A stretch of 64,000 nt of DNA from Elsinoe ampelina (GCA_010093995.1 ML992505.1:1656670-1720669), one strand, 5' to 3'; shown: positions 36,547 to 49,109, counted from the stretch's first letter. Program-made: numbers and translations. The notes: generated from the sequence alone by a model not told the origin.

Positions 36547-37404
36547 ATGGCTGAAGTTCAGTCAATGCCCAAGTCGCCAGTCCCTCTCGACTCCATCCCC
36601 ATCTCACCCGACGGCGACGATACCGGTGACTCGAATGGAGCTTCAGCTGGCGAGACTGTCACCGTCTTCCACGATCCCGAGAACTTCAACGTCAAGCATC
36701 CACTGCTTCATGAGTGGACTCTGTGGTTCACCAAACCCCCTTCCGGAAAGGTACAATCTCGATTCATTTGCTCCTTTGTCTGCTGGCTGAGCAAGACTCG
36801 TCACAAGCAGAAGGAAGGCAAACCATTTTGTCGAGCACGTGCTGATAGATGCGCAGCAAGATTGGAACGAGCTTCTGAAGGAAGTCATCAGCTTCAACAG
36901 CGTCGAGGAGTTCTGGGGCATCTACGTAAGCGTTCTGCCCCTTCAACCCTTCTCTACTGACACATTCAGAACAACATCACCCCTGCCTCTGATCTCGGTC
37001 CCAAGTCCGACTACCATCTCTTCAAGAAAGGCGTCCGCCCCGAATGGGAAGACCCTCAGAACCGCCACGGTGGCCGCTGGGCCTACACTTTCAAGGAGAA
37101 GAAGCCCAACGACGACGTCTGGCTAGCTGTCCTTCTCGCCGCCATCGGTGAACAGCTCGAAGAAGAAGGCGACAATGAAGTCATGGGCGTAGTCGTCAAC
37201 CTCCGCAAGAGCTTCTACAGAATCTGCCTCTGGACCAGGACTGCCGGCAAGGGCGCTAACAGTAGCAAGCAGACCTTGGAGAACATCGGGAGGAAGTTCA
37301 AGGATGTCCTGACCCTTAGGGAGGGAGAGCAGGTTGAGTTCATGGGACACCAGGACTCGGCCAATTCGGGGAGCAGTAGGGCAAAGGCGAAGTTTGCCGT
37401 GTAA
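36547..37404 (+). CDS. TIF45: Translation initiation factor eIF4E, 3 exons
   Basis: KHPLLHEWTLWF, SVEEFWGIYNNI, DYHLFKKGVRPEWEDPQNRHGGRW; introns 36751-36856 and 36926-36969. Confidence 0.95.
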
Positions 37405-37859
37405 GAGAGGAGCAAGGATAATGGGCAAGGAGGTTTGCTTGCATGGCAGGCGGCGTTTCTGGCGTAGGCAAAAGCATGGCAAAGGCACAGCATGTTACGA
37501 ACATATGAATATCGGGGATGGCAAAGGGAGGTTGAACAAGTGGCCCTCCGGGTGATAATGATGGGTGGACAGGCAGAGACTTTATACCCCATGATAGCTG
37601 TGTGTTTTGACGAATCAGAGTTTTGAAAGCAAATCTATTCGACCGACCTCACCGTCTGATCGGCCATCGAGACGCACACGTGATGGGGGTGAATGGAAAT
37701 AACAACAGTGACCATTACGCTCCCTTGGAGCCTTCCTAACCATACAGTCTCCATTGCAATGCAAACCTTTCCCCCTCCAATCCAATCCTCCAACAGACCA
37801 TCCCAATCCCACATCCTACCAACCCCTTCATCATCTCTCGAGCCCAAAAAGAAACCAAG

Positions 37860-40800
37860 CTAATCACTCCCCCGCCCCCTCAACCTCCCACTCCTCCTCT
37901 CCCTCCCCTGCCCCTTGCCCTGCGCCTGGCCCAATCCAGCACCCACCAACCCCGCTCCCGGCCCTTCAATCCCCCTCACCTTCTCCCCGGCCACCCCCGT
38001 CCCCGCAGCAAGAGGGAGCTGATTCTCCTTCTCCCCTCCCCCTCCTGCTCCTGCGCCCTCCCTCCCCAGACCAGCGAGTCCCGAGACGGTAGAAGCGAGG
38101 AGCGACAGGGGGGCGGTCATGCGTTTCCCCCTTGCTGCGGGCCTGTCGTTTCCTGCCTTGGGTTTGTCGGAGGGGTTTGGTAGGTGAGACGGGAGGGAAG
38201 AGGAGGAGGAGGAGGAGGTCATGCTGCGCCCGAATGTCGGGAGCTTGGTCGTGCCTTTTGGTTCGGGTTTCCCGTCTGCTGGGGTGGAGGTGGAGGTGGA
38301 GGGTGATGGTCCCCCTGTGGTTGGGCGGGAGAATTCAGCGGGTGGTGTAGGTAGGGGCATTTCGAGGTTGAGTGTTGGTTGGGCGGAGGTCGGCTGCGAG
38401 GATAAGGGCCTGTTAGGGTCGAGGTCGCGGAGGGAGGAGGTGCGGCTTAGGACTCCTCGTTGGGGGAGGGTGTCGTCTTCGGAAGCTGGAACGGGAGGGG
38501 CGTCGATGAAGACGTCCATGTTCTTTTGTGGTTGGGTGGTGTCTTTTGTTGGAGAGCGGTGGGGGCTGGGTGGGGAAAGGCGAGGGGATTTGGCGCCGCG
38601 GTGGAAGTGGTCGAGGAGGTCGTCTCGGGCGGAGGTGCGTGGAAGGGTGGTGGGGTAGGTGTAGACTTGTTTGGCTGGGGTGGTGCCGGTGGGTTGATAC
38701 TCGGTTAGATCGTGGGTGGAGATGTCGTTCTTGATGGTGGACAGGGCGGAGCGGACTGGACCGGCTTCTGAAAGGGCTGGGAAGGTCGAGGAGAGATCGC
38801 TCGTTCGGGAAGACATGTCTGCGTGGAGGGTTTGTGTCCTATCGTAGGATGACTTCATATGTGCACCAATGCTGGCGTAGCCTTCCTGGACGTCGCGACC
38901 GAGTAGCTCGAGAGACTGGCTATGTGCTGCATGGTGCGTCTCGTTTTGAGCCTTGACGCGAGCAATGATCTCATCCAAGGCACCGAGCTGGTGATCCATC
39001 GCTGACATTTGAGCGTTGACAATGTCCAGAGTCTGGCCGTGAACTGCTTGTGTGGTAGCTTTGATATTGTCGGTCGTCGCATTAGCCCCTGACCAGTCAG
39101 CCTTGATCTTCGTCTTGATGCTGTCACGCGAGGAGAGCAATTGTGTGACCAGAGCAGTAGAAGAGTTCGCCCAGGTAGACATGCTGTCAGTGTATCCAGT
39201 CTGTGCTGCAGCATGAGTAGCTTCTGATGAGATTGCTGAGGATGTCAGCGCATCGATGTGCGACTGAACTCTAGCTTCTTGGGCAGAAGCACTACTCTGT
39301 ATGAGAGCGCCGATTTGGGAGACCAATTGTGTCCTCTCAGTCGCAGCCGTCTCGCGTTCAGCGGTCATCGCCTCGATCAGTGATCGTCTTGAGTTGACCT
39401 GCGATTGAACCAAACCCTCGTTTGCCTGTGCCAGTTCCATCTGCAGTCTCTGGACCTCGCTTCTTTGCTCATTCATCTGCCGAGTGACATCCTCAAAGAT
39501 CGACTTGAAGTCTCGACCCAGAGACGAGTATGAGCCATGGAGTTGTGTGTGGAAAGCTTCGAGTTCTGAAGAGATACCGGCCGAAATACGTTGAGCAGCT
39601 GCTGTCAAATCTTGCATGCCAGCGCCAACTTTCTCCTTGACATCCTCTCGAAGTGTCTGAATCTCGGATAACAGCGTGTTCATGTCATCTTTTGCCTTTG
39701 TCGTCTGCACATCCACCTCGGCCTGTGATTTCTGGAACGCCTCGACCTTCTGAGCCAAGAACGACTGTGATTGTTCCAGCTCACAAAGCTCGTCGGATAC
39801 AAAGCCTTCCATGCGAGAACACAGGCCAAGCAGTAGTTGCTCCTGCTGGGCTTTGAGTTTGTCGATTCGAAGATCGAGCTCTGACACTGCTTGAACGACA
39901 TTTGTCCGTCGGTCCGACCAGGCATCTCGATTGCTGGTCTGCAAATCTGATCTCCTGCGAAGTTTTGCATGTAGACCCCGAATATCGCCAGTGGTCGACT
40001 CAAGCGTGGAAAGGAGCTCTCCGCCTACCCCAAGGAGCTGGGTCTCGGTCGCTTGATGAGACATGCGCACAAAAGTCTCCTCTGCAAGATGCTTCTTCGT
40101 GTGGGATAGGACGAGTTCTGTCTTTTCCAGTAAGCTCTGTGTACCATCTAGATTCATCCTTGTCGACTCATTCTCTTTTTTGAGCGAGCTGAAATTGTTT
40201 GTGAGGGTGAATAGCTCCTGGACCTTGTTTCGCAGACTCGTCTCCATAATCTCAATCTTGTCCCTCTGCTCTTCACTGAGAATGCGACGCGATTCGCTCT
40301 CGGTCGTGATCTCTTCGTACGCCTCCTGGGTGAGATAGACACCGTTTCTTTGTCTCGTCGCCATCAGCTCACCCTTGAGCTTTTCAATCTCGGTCGTAAA
40401 TTCCTTGAGCATTGTCTTTTTCGACACCATGGCATTCGCTTGCGGCTTGTTCTTAATATTCTTCGCTCGGAAAGCATAATCGAGTGTCGAAATGGTCTCC
40501 TCCAGATTGCTCTTCGCAGGCGAGAGAGTTGCAATGATGCAGGTCTTTGTCCGTCCACCAAGCGAGTCTTGCAGCAGACGGGTGAGCTTTGACTCTCTGT
40601 ATGGAATATGTGTGCTTCGCTCGACCAGCGCGTTGATGACACGACCCAGGGTCAGTAGAGACTTGTTGATCAGCCCAGCTTCTGCTGCCCTCTTGTTCTC
40701 TGCTCCTGATCTTTGAATGTTCTCACTCCCAGCCAGATCTACCAGGTTGAGCTTTCCGGCACTAACAAAGTCCTCTCCGGTATCTGAGGTCTTCTTCATG

Positions 40801-41684
40801 TAGACTGTGATCGTAAAGACAGTATGACTTCGAGAAGAGAGATCGTTGCATTTGGTCGCCGCGACTTGTCGTCGGTAGCTGCCTTGCTTGAGCAGCTCGA
40901 GACCTTTCGATGCGGATTTGATGTGTGACTCTTCCATTCCCTGCACGAGTGTCGTCGTCTGTCCTTTCTTGCTGTTGTCATCGTAGATTTTGAGCTTCGC
41001 ATTTTCTTCCTGTGACAGCAGATCTCTTAGTTCCTCGTTGTAAAGTTCGATAAACGAGCATTTGACCGAGCTTTCCCCCTCGTCCTCTCCAAGTCGGTCG
41101 AAGAGCGAGTACAATACTCGAGGAATGATACCAGCTGCTTCTGGTAGTGGTCGCATATCTGTAATGTCACCTGACATTGTGTATGTCTTTCCAGTACCCG
41201 TTTGCCCGTATGCGAAGATGGTGCAATTGAAGCCAGATACCACCTCGTCCAGGATTGGTGACACGACCTCATTGAATACCATCTCTTGATCTGCTGCAGG
41301 CGAAAAGACCTTGTCGAAATTGTACGTCTTATTGCTGAGCGCACTTGGGCCCATGGATAGATCCACCTTGCTTCCCTTCACTCCACTTGTAGACACAACC
41401 ACACCACTGTTCTCCCGCACCTCCCTGTCGTTGCGCCCTCGACATCTTACTACCACATTGATGTTGGTCTCTTCCTCGGCTTCGAAATCCCGCTCCTTTC
41501 TCTTGGTCCCACCACTAACGGACCGCGCAGGAGACTTAGTCGGGACGCTCGTTGTGGTAGTATCAGCAGGTGACGCCCTACCAAAGGTGGGTGTCGCTGT
41601 GTTAGCGCGCGAAGGTGGTGGGCGCATAGTTTGACGTGCATTGCTCTTTCTAGAAGCTATTGCAGGCCTGTTTGTTGCTGCCAT
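37860..41684 (-). CDS. bimC: Kinesin-5 (BimC) mitotic motor
   Basis: NINVVVRCR, GQTGTGKT, SSRSH, LVDLAGSE, coiled-coil stalk, BimC box PTGTTPAK; likely ATG at 41684. Confidence 0.96.
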   Translation of the reverse strand: MAATNRPAIASRKSNARQTMRPPPSRANTATPTFGRASPADTTTTSVPTKSPARSVSGGTKRKERDFEAEEETNINVVVRCRGRNDREVRENSGVVVSTSGVKGSKVDLSMGPSALSNKTYNFDKVFSPAADQEMVFNEVVSPILDEVVSGFNCTIFAYGQTGTGKTYTMSGDITDMRPLPEAAGIIPRVLYSLFDRLGEDEGESSVKCSFIELYNEELRDLLSQEENAKLKIYDDNSKKGQTTTLVQGMEESHIKSASKGLELLKQGSYRRQVAATKCNDLSSRSHTVFTITVYMKKTSDTGEDFVSAGKLNLVDLAGSENIQRSGAENKRAAEAGLINKSLLTLGRVINALVERSTHIPYRESKLTRLLQDSLGGRTKTCIIATLSPAKSNLEETISTLDYAFRAKNIKNKPQANAMVSKKTMLKEFTTEIEKLKGELMATRQRNGVYLTQEAYEEITTESESRRILSEEQRDKIEIMETSLRNKVQELFTLTNNFSSLKKENESTRMNLDGTQSLLEKTELVLSHTKKHLAEETFVRMSHQATETQLLGVGGELLSTLESTTGDIRGLHAKLRRRSDLQTSNRDAWSDRRTNVVQAVSELDLRIDKLKAQQEQLLLGLCSRMEGFVSDELCELEQSQSFLAQKVEAFQKSQAEVDVQTTKAKDDMNTLLSEIQTLREDVKEKVGAGMQDLTAAAQRISAGISSELEAFHTQLHGSYSSLGRDFKSIFEDVTRQMNEQRSEVQRLQMELAQANEGLVQSQVNSRRSLIEAMTAERETAATERTQLVSQIGALIQSSASAQEARVQSHIDALTSSAISSEATHAAAQTGYTDSMSTWANSSTALVTQLLSSRDSIKTKIKADWSGANATTDNIKATTQAVHGQTLDIVNAQMSAMDHQLGALDEIIARVKAQNETHHAAHSQSLELLGRDVQEGYASIGAHMKSSYDRTQTLHADMSSRTSDLSSTFPALSEAGPVRSALSTIKNDISTHDLTEYQPTGTTPAKQVYTYPTTLPRTSARDDLLDHFHRGAKSPRLSPPSPHRSPTKDTTQPQKNMDVFIDAPPVPASEDDTLPQRGVLSRTSSLRDLDPNRPLSSQPTSAQPTLNLEMPLPTPPAEFSRPTTGGPSPSTSTSTPADGKPEPKGTTKLPTFGRSMTSSSSSSSLPSHLPNPSDKPKAGNDRPAARGKRMTAPLSLLASTVSGLAGLGREGAGAGGGGEKENQLPLAAGTGVAGEKVRGIEGPGAGLVGAGLGQAQGKGQGRERRSGRLRGRGSD

Positions 41685-41814
41685 TCTTGCAATCTGGTAG
41701 TTGCAGAAAATATGTCCTACCATACTGAAGTTCCAAGCATGAAGCTTTGAGAATCTGTGTTGACAGTAATGTTTACGATCGGCACTAGCGCCGGCGTTTG
41801 CGGAATTTACAAAT

Positions 41815-41952
41815 CCTTGGCGGTTAGCACACACTTTTAACTACCAGGCAGGTCAGGCTGCTGGTAGTTCCTCGTCGTATACTCCACAGCTCAAGATGCC
41901 ACATGTGCTTTCTTCTGTCGTTGCGTCGTCAAAGCTTGACAAGTTCCTACCA
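41815..41952 (+). repeat. Diverged direct repeat, copy 1 (copy 2 at 44185-44312)
   Basis: ccttggcggttagca..ctaccagg..gctggtagtt..actccaca..gtgctttcttctgtcgttgcgtcgtcaaagcttgacaagttcctacca. Confidence 0.85.
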
Positions 41953-42204
41953 CATTGTTGCTCCTGTCACATATCTGTGTGTATTCTCCATTCAATGGCG
42001 GAGGAGTGGGTCGCCTGACTTTCCTACTCAGTCATTTGATGTCTCCGGGAAAAGTCACCTCAGAGATTCAACAGCAGTCATGGTGTCTTCTGGTAGTGAG
42101 TAGATCTATTCTGGACGTAGGATCCAAGCTCCAACTTGAAAGAGACGAAACTACGCCGTGCAGTTGATGACTTTTGTAGCCCATGTCGAACCCAACTCGC
42201 AACA

Positions 42205-43902
42205 CTAGCAAATTTTACAACTATAGAATGCTCCGTTCGCGAGTACGCTCTGTGCCACTTCGTAGTTCTCGTTAGAAACCCACCCGTCTCTACTGACCAT
42301 GTCGCCGATCCCATCCCACTTCGCAGCGGCAGCGTTCCAATCATCCATAGTCGAACAGGATTTCTCCATTTCCGTCTCACTATACTCGACTGGGCAGTCA
42401 GAGTTGGAAAACTCGTCCCAATGCCTGCATGCATGTTAGCAACTCAAGAGTGAGAATGCGATACCACTGACTGAGCCAGCTCGATCAAGGTCCACAGCAA
42501 GATACCAGGATTGTTGTCGTCGCTTGCTGCCAAATTCACCGTTCGTCTAAGACGAGAACAAAAGTCCGAATTCAATGTGCGATTGAGTAGATCGCAACGT
42601 GACTCAACGCAGTCTCCATAAAGCAGCGACACCCGTCCATCATATTGAACGAAATCTGGGCGAGTCGCCAAGAACGGCAATGGACATATTGAAGAGGCCC
42701 GCCATCCGGTGATGCTAGTAACTCTGTCTCCAGTGACGAAAATACTGTCCGCTCGGAAATCGTTGCCATGCCAGAGTCGCGGTAGAAAATCTTCTCCGAG
42801 CAGCTCTCTTGATTTTGCCAGGCTTTGGACTTTCTGATGAACTGCGCTGCACGGATTAGCACTCTGCGGAACGCCATCGATTGATTTAAGGCGGGCGCTA
42901 TAATGTGTGATCCGATTGTCCGCGATAGCTCGAAGCCAGTCTTGCGCGGTGGACCCTGCCATTCGGGTTAGCGATCTCGGTACAAATCTGGTATGTATCC
43001 ATATTTGACGTACACGGGCCTCGGTTTGGAGTCCTCGCACGGTATTCATCGAGATCTGCAAGAGACCCAATTTGATAGTCCGTCGACAAGGGGGAAGAGC
43101 TGTCACGTTGGACTCTCACTACCGCATCATTAGGTTGACCACGTCTTCGAGCATCAACAACTCGGTATAAGCTCCCATGCCTATGCCAGATTAGTAACGA
43201 ATTGGCATATACTCGACAGAGGATTGGCTGACGTGGCAAAGGTATTCGACAGCAGCGTAGCCTGAATGTCAACAACTTGTTCGAGGATCGCCGCCTTCTC
43301 CCGAGGATTCTTTAGGTGCCATGTGTCCAGTATAGACTCGCCACTAGCTTCGTCCATCATGAGATACTCAGTTCCGACGGCATTTGCTACGGAGGATTCC
43401 CAGTGCAATAGGCGAGGTACCGGTAGTCTAAGCACGTCTCTAGCCTGTGCTCATTAGCTCTCTCCACTTTAAAGTTACTCGATATATCTACAAAGGACAT
43501 GACGGCTACTTCCGAATCGATCGATGCTGAGGCGTCTAGCTGTAATAGGTAAGGGATTCGCACAACAACACTTTGTGCATTGTCCAGAACGAGGCGGAGC
43601 ACTCGACTATGGTGACCTTCGGCCAGCTTGGTGATTAAAGTGCATCGCTGCGCATCCTTGACTTCTACAGCCTTTTTCATCAGCGCTGCAACATTAAACC
43701 ATCGTTGTCGTTTCCATAGCTGCTCGGCTTCAGCCCAGAGCCAGCGGCCGGAGGTATAGCGGTAGAGGTCCTCATCAACTCCGAGTCCACGGCTTTTGCT
43801 GAAGTGCCTCAGTGCGGAGCTACCTTGGCTTGCCTGGGACAAGTGTCTCAGGTATACAGGTAGAGCTGTGGGGCTTCTGCGGCAGATATAGCCAAATTGC
43901 AT
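42205..43902 (-). CDS. AIM9-like / aminoglycoside-phosphotransferase-fold protein, paralogue A, 5 exons
   Basis: LYRYTSGRWLW, KLAEGHHSRV, VVVRIPY, NAVGTEYLMMDEASG, HGSLY; four GT-AG introns keep the frame; 3' end less certain. Confidence 0.78.
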
Positions 43903-44184
43903 CGTGATCTTCTGGTGGACGCTGTACTGCTAAATTCGGGGGGTCCAAAGATATCGCAACAACTGGGTCATATTACAAGAGAATAGCTGAAATGTCAATA
44001 TAAAGGGTATGGCAAGCATGTTTACTTATTAAAAAAAAGACACTCATAGGTACAAACCAACGAGTGACAATCTCTTCCTTCATTCGATCAATTCAGAAAA
44101 CTTTGCACCGTAAGAGGGAAGCTTGTGGAGTGTAAAGAAGAAGACGTAGAGTTCTCAAGCTACCCACCGGCATATATATCGTCG

Positions 44185-44312
44185 CCTTGGCGGTCAGCAG
44201 AACTTTTTACTACCAGGTTGCTGGTAGTTTTCCTTCATTCACTCCACAATCCAAGTCATCAAAAGTGCTTTCTTCTGTTGTTGCGTTGTCAAAATTTGAC
44301 AAGATCCTACCA
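44185..44312 (+). repeat. Diverged direct repeat, copy 2
   Basis: ccttggcggtcagca..ctaccagg..gctggtagtt..actccaca..gtgctttcttctgttgttgcgttgtcaaaatttgacaagatcctacca. Confidence 0.85.
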
Positions 44313-44395
44313 GAAATGTGTCAGGTAAGTATACATTTTCGCAATCGGATTTTCGACACTTTGTACCCAACCGAATTCGGTCTACTCTCTCCATT

Positions 44396-46134
44396 ATGGC
44401 GCTACTACTGCATTCCTCTCGCATGAGTCTCAGAAGCCCGCAAGCGAGGGTCACCTACAGATCATTATCTCACAGCGTCCACGGAAACTCGATTGACCTC
44501 TACAACTATACATCAGGTCGTTGGTTATGGGACGAGGAGAGACAACTCATGGCCCGACAGAAGTGGTTCAACGTCAAAGCACTTGCAACCGCTGCGGCTG
44601 ACGTGAAGGGGGCTGGTAGTTGTACTGCAATCACCAAGATAGCTGATGGAGATCACAGTCGAGTGCTTCGACTTCTTCTGGACAATGAAGAGTCCGTCGT
44701 GGTACGGATACCATATCCGAGGCAGCCAGATGCCACATCGTCCATCAAATCGGAAGTGGCAGTAATGTCCTTTGTAGATCTATCCCAAGTCTCTGCACTG
44801 CGATAGTTGCTGATCGGGGCAGGTTGAAGAAGTCCTTGGAGTACCAGTGCCTCGGCCTCTTCTATGGGAGCCGACCGCGGACAACCCTGTCGGATCGGAG
44901 TATCTAATGATGGAGGAAGCTCAAGGCTCATCGCTTTACGACAGCTGGCATCTCAAGAACATAGAGAAGAAGACCAAGATCATTGACCAACTCGTCAGCA
45001 TTCAAACCGCACTTGCATCAACAGACTTTGCTGCGTTCGTCGTCCTTAGCAAATCTATGCGAATGTTTCTCTGACAATTTGTAGTCACGGAAGTCTCTAT
45101 TTCTCTGCCGAAGCTCCTAAGGGCAGCCTCGATGTACCACCGGTGACGACTGTCCTGGACAGCAAGGGCGAGATGCTTGCTGCAAGATACAGAATTGGAC
45201 CGCTTGCAGATCTTGACAGATATCGAGCGAGGAGCCCAGATCGTGGACCGTGTGGGTTTTTTTGGATGCAGGAGTCTCGCTTGATGACTGACTTAACCTC
45301 AAGGGTGCACGGCACGAGATTGGCTGAAAGCCATAGCGGAGAATCAGATCTCCCATCTTGATGCTCACAGCAAGTGGTCCAAGAAGCCAAATCAATACAA
45401 CGATGCTCGGAGAGATCTTTATCAGAAGTTGATCCACTTATCAGGAATGAGCACCATGCACCAAGGAGACTGTCTTCCCCGACTTTGGCACGGGAACAAT
45501 TTCAGCCCGCACAACATCTTCATCACCGACGACAGAGTGACCAGTATCACTGGCTGGAGGGGATCAACGATAGGCCCACTACCATTCCTCGCTACTTATC
45601 CTTACTATATGGAACACGACGGTCCGCACGTGTACGATCTGCCACCCGACTATTTGACGGATGAGAGGCAAGGCTGGAGGCTAGGCAGCGCATGGCATGC
45701 TACGATGGTGTCATTGATCTACGACCAGAAGCTCGAGCTGCGATCTCCCATGCTCCATCAGGTACTACATTCACCGCTCTATCCCATTCTGAGACGCCTC
45801 GCCATGTTTGCGTCATGGAACTCGTCTCATCCTGGTTTCATGTTTGGTTGCATGGTTGAGCTCACCCAGTAAGTGGCAGAAATGATCACTCGGACTTGAC
45901 TGACATTGATACAGACGCTGGAATGAATTCTCCTCAGTCGAGTGTCCGATTGAATGTACCTGGGATGAAGCCGAACGGTACTTTTCGGACCTTGACAGAT
46001 GGAATTTGTTGACAGACAAGTGGGAGCAGGTCATGGAGATGATAAGCAAGGATGGGTACACATCGAACGAGGATTATGATGAGGCACGAAAAGCGTTCTT
46101 CGGAGGTTCATTCTATAGCTGTAGAGTGACCTAA
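44396..46134 (+). CDS. AIM9-like / aminoglycoside-phosphotransferase-fold protein, paralogue B, 5 exons
   Basis: LYNYTSGRWLWDE, NPVGSEYLMMEEAQG, HGSLYF; introns 44774-44822, 45035-45084, 45252-45303, 45869-45914 at the same positions as in paralogue A. Confidence 0.8.
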
Positions 46135-46714
46135 GGTAGTGCGGTTGATGCTCCATGATGCAGCTCTTGACCTGTAGTTGTGGCAGCAGTCCTTGGTTTC
46201 GACAGAGAAGATAATTACAGTACATTGATCGATCACACACTCACTCTGTCTATTGTCATTTTGAAGTACTTCTGTAGCTGCCATCGACTCCGAAGTGCTC
46301 TCCGACCTGTTGGTGATATGATTGGCGGCTAGCGCCGGTATTTATCGGCTTTTGGAGATCCTTGGCAGAAGGGTCTGGCATGTGACCGACGGGGACGCGT
46401 CTGTAGGCCAGAGCCGACTGCGATAGAACCTCCCTCAAATATTGTGCATCTGGTGTCGCAGCAGAGGAATATCTTCCAGCGCTCTGTCACAGTCCTTCGG
46501 TGCAATAGAGCCACGGAGCATGATGTGAGAAGGTCTGGCAAGTTGTAAGCAACAATGGTTCACCTGACAGGTCCCGCCGTGCACCTGACGCCTCCGAGAC
46601 AGTCACTCTTCCAATCCCATTGCTGAACAAACAAATACATCATTACTTCTTTGATTTCGCGAATATTCTCTCCATTACGATTACCCTCCTGGATTTCGAG
46701 TAGTTTCAGAAAAC

Positions 46715-48211
46715 ATGCCTCCATTCGGCTTGTTCCCCGGTCATGGTGTGGGCTTCCTTCGTACGTTCGGCGCCTGCAATGCTTGACCTGTACTGACCAT
46801 TATAGGTTTGGGCGCTGGACTATACGACGTTCTCACAGCTCTAAAGGTCGATCAGAAACGATTCCCCAAGCTGAACATATCATACGATTCGAGGACTCCT
46901 CTCATTACGCCGGTCGTTATTGAGCTACCTGACAATGGACTACGCCTTCGTTTTGATGGACCAGAGCAACGACTACGACTGTTAGAGATCTTGAGTTTGG
47001 ACAAGGATCAGTTCACGCACAAGAATGACCCCATCATACCACCTAACGACCAGGGAACAGGTCCGAGCCAGCTCATGTATCGACGAGTATATCAGCTCTT
47101 CGGTGCATCATACCCTGGCGAATACATACCACCCTCGAATGGATCCAGAACTGGAACATATGTAGTGTCGTATCCTGGAATCGCGCTATCATTCCCATTG
47201 TCTCCTTCAGCATGGTCACCGAAAGTCGATCATGCGAAGATGCTTGCCGAATCTGGGTCGTCAGTATCTTCGATAGCCATCTTTGACGGCAAATCATGGG
47301 CAGAAGCAAGGACGGACCTCTTTACTCGCAAACCACCGCTACCACAAACGCTCCTACCAATTACTCGACACAAGGAAGGACACCCCGACGAGGTCGAATC
47401 CATCTCTGTCCAATCCGGCAATATCCTACAATTTGCACGTCGTTCCAGCCCGCCAGTCAGTATCAGACTAGGCGAGACCACGGCGCAAGACCTCATCAAT
47501 GACTTTGGTCCACCTGAATCTGTCTACAAGAGGCCGAATGACTCCTCAGATACAACAGTCAGGCCGACTAGAGGTGCCCGACGACGCTCATCGAGTGTGG
47601 TACCTCGGTCGTTTGGCTCTACCCCCTCCAGCATCTCGTCGACCAATACCGACACCTACGATGCTGACTTTGAGGAAGATGATGGTATCGATGGGCCGGA
47701 CGTGGTACGACACGAGGATCAATACTACTGCTACTTTCAACACGGCTTTGATGCCCTTGTAGGGCCAATAGAGACCACAGGTCTGGTATCGACATCGGCT
47801 CAGCCTGTGGTCACGAGGGTCATTTTCCACGGTAATGTTCCGGGCTCATTTGAGTTCAACAGACACCGCCGAAGTCGCTGGACATTAGAGCATGTGACAG
47901 GCCACGAAACCATTACATCAGAGTCAAGATTTCCCGAGGTACACGACCAACTGATCGGTAACTTTGCCAACCAATGGCCAGAAAAAGACATGAAGGAAGG
48001 AATGGTCGTTGTCAGGGATTGGGCAGGAGACAGTCCGAGTGGTTCAGCCATCCTCATCGGAGAGGGGGCAGAATCGGAAGAAGAAGAAGCGTGGGGAAAA
48101 GATGGAGAGCAGTGGCTCAAGAACACACAATTGTACAAGTTTCCGGGGCTGATGTTTGAGGTGATGCACAACGGGGCGATCAGTGCTCTGACAGTCTACT
48201 GGTACGGATAG
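46715..48211 (+). CDS. UPF0183 / PHAF1-family protein, 2 exons
   Basis: MPPFGLFPGHGVGFL, intron 46761-46805, NGLRLRFDGPEQRLRLLEI, FGASYPGEY, HGNVPGSFEFNRHRR, FPGLMFEVMHNGAI. Confidence 0.85.
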
Positions 48212-48672
48212 TTGCTTTTGACCCCGCGGAACCGGGTGCGAGGTCCTTTGTCCAATGACGTCGGTCGTTTGGTGGGGGATTTGCAACTACTGGAGATCAT
48301 TTTCATTAGGCAGGAGAATGCAAGTGAACGACATGTGATCAGTTTCGTATAGCTCCGGGAACAAAAGGACAGCTGTTGCGTGGATGAAACTTAATGAATG
48401 TCGCGATCGAGATTTTGGCTGCAGTAGTGTCTGGACTGAGTCTGACCGCTGTGGCAACGGACGTGAGAGCGCCACCAGGCATCGACTCGTCCGGCGGTAT
48501 GCGCAATTTTAGCACGAACAGACGACAACAGGTGGCTCGGAATGGCCTAGCGTAATGGTCGCTATGGAGCACTTCTGTGGATTGCGCAGTGACAGCCACA
48601 AAATCGCGATCGAAAATCGCTGCAAGCAGAAGCTGTGGCATCACAGAAACGTCATCGCCCGTGGAAAGAGCT

Positions 48673-48730
48673 CCCCTCACATGACAACAAAACGTACCTG
48701 CCTGGAAGCTGCCGTTAGCGTATGGTATAA
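48673..48730 (+). promoter_or_regulatory. STRE (CCCCT) and TATAA upstream of grg1-like gene
   Basis: CCCCT 48673-48677, TATAA 48726-48730, followed by CT-rich tract and CAA-rich leader. Confidence 0.4.
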
Positions 48731-48839
48731 AGAGAATCCTTTTTCACATTTTGTTCTCTTCTTCTTCTTCATCCACGACTCACTTCCATCAAGACTATAC
48801 CACTACTCAACCAACAAACCCACCAACCAAACAATCAAC

Positions 48840-49109
48840 ATGTCTGCCCCTAACGCCGATAAGCCTGGTGAGGGTATCGTTGGCCAGATCTCCAACTCGG
48901 TTACCAACGCCGCCAACTACGTCTCCGAGACCATCCAGGGCAAGAGCTCCGAGGCCAGCAAGGAGGCCAACAAGGAGCAGGCCAAGGGCAACGTCCCAGG
49001 CAACTCCTCCGTCTCTGACCGTGTGTCCGGTGCTCTCGGTGCTGCCGGCGACAAGCTCGACCAGTCCAAGCACGAGACCTCTGCCAGCGCCAACAAGCAG
49101 GGCATCTAA
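48840..49109 (+). CDS. grg1: Glucose-repressible protein Grg1/ccg-1-like (89 aa)
   Basis: NAANYVSETIQG..SEASKEANKEQAK..GDKLDQSKHE; strong codon bias. Confidence 0.88.
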   Translation: MSAPNADKPGEGIVGQISNSVTNAANYVSETIQGKSSEASKEANKEQAKGNVPGNSSVSDRVSGALGAAGDKLDQSKHETSASANKQGI

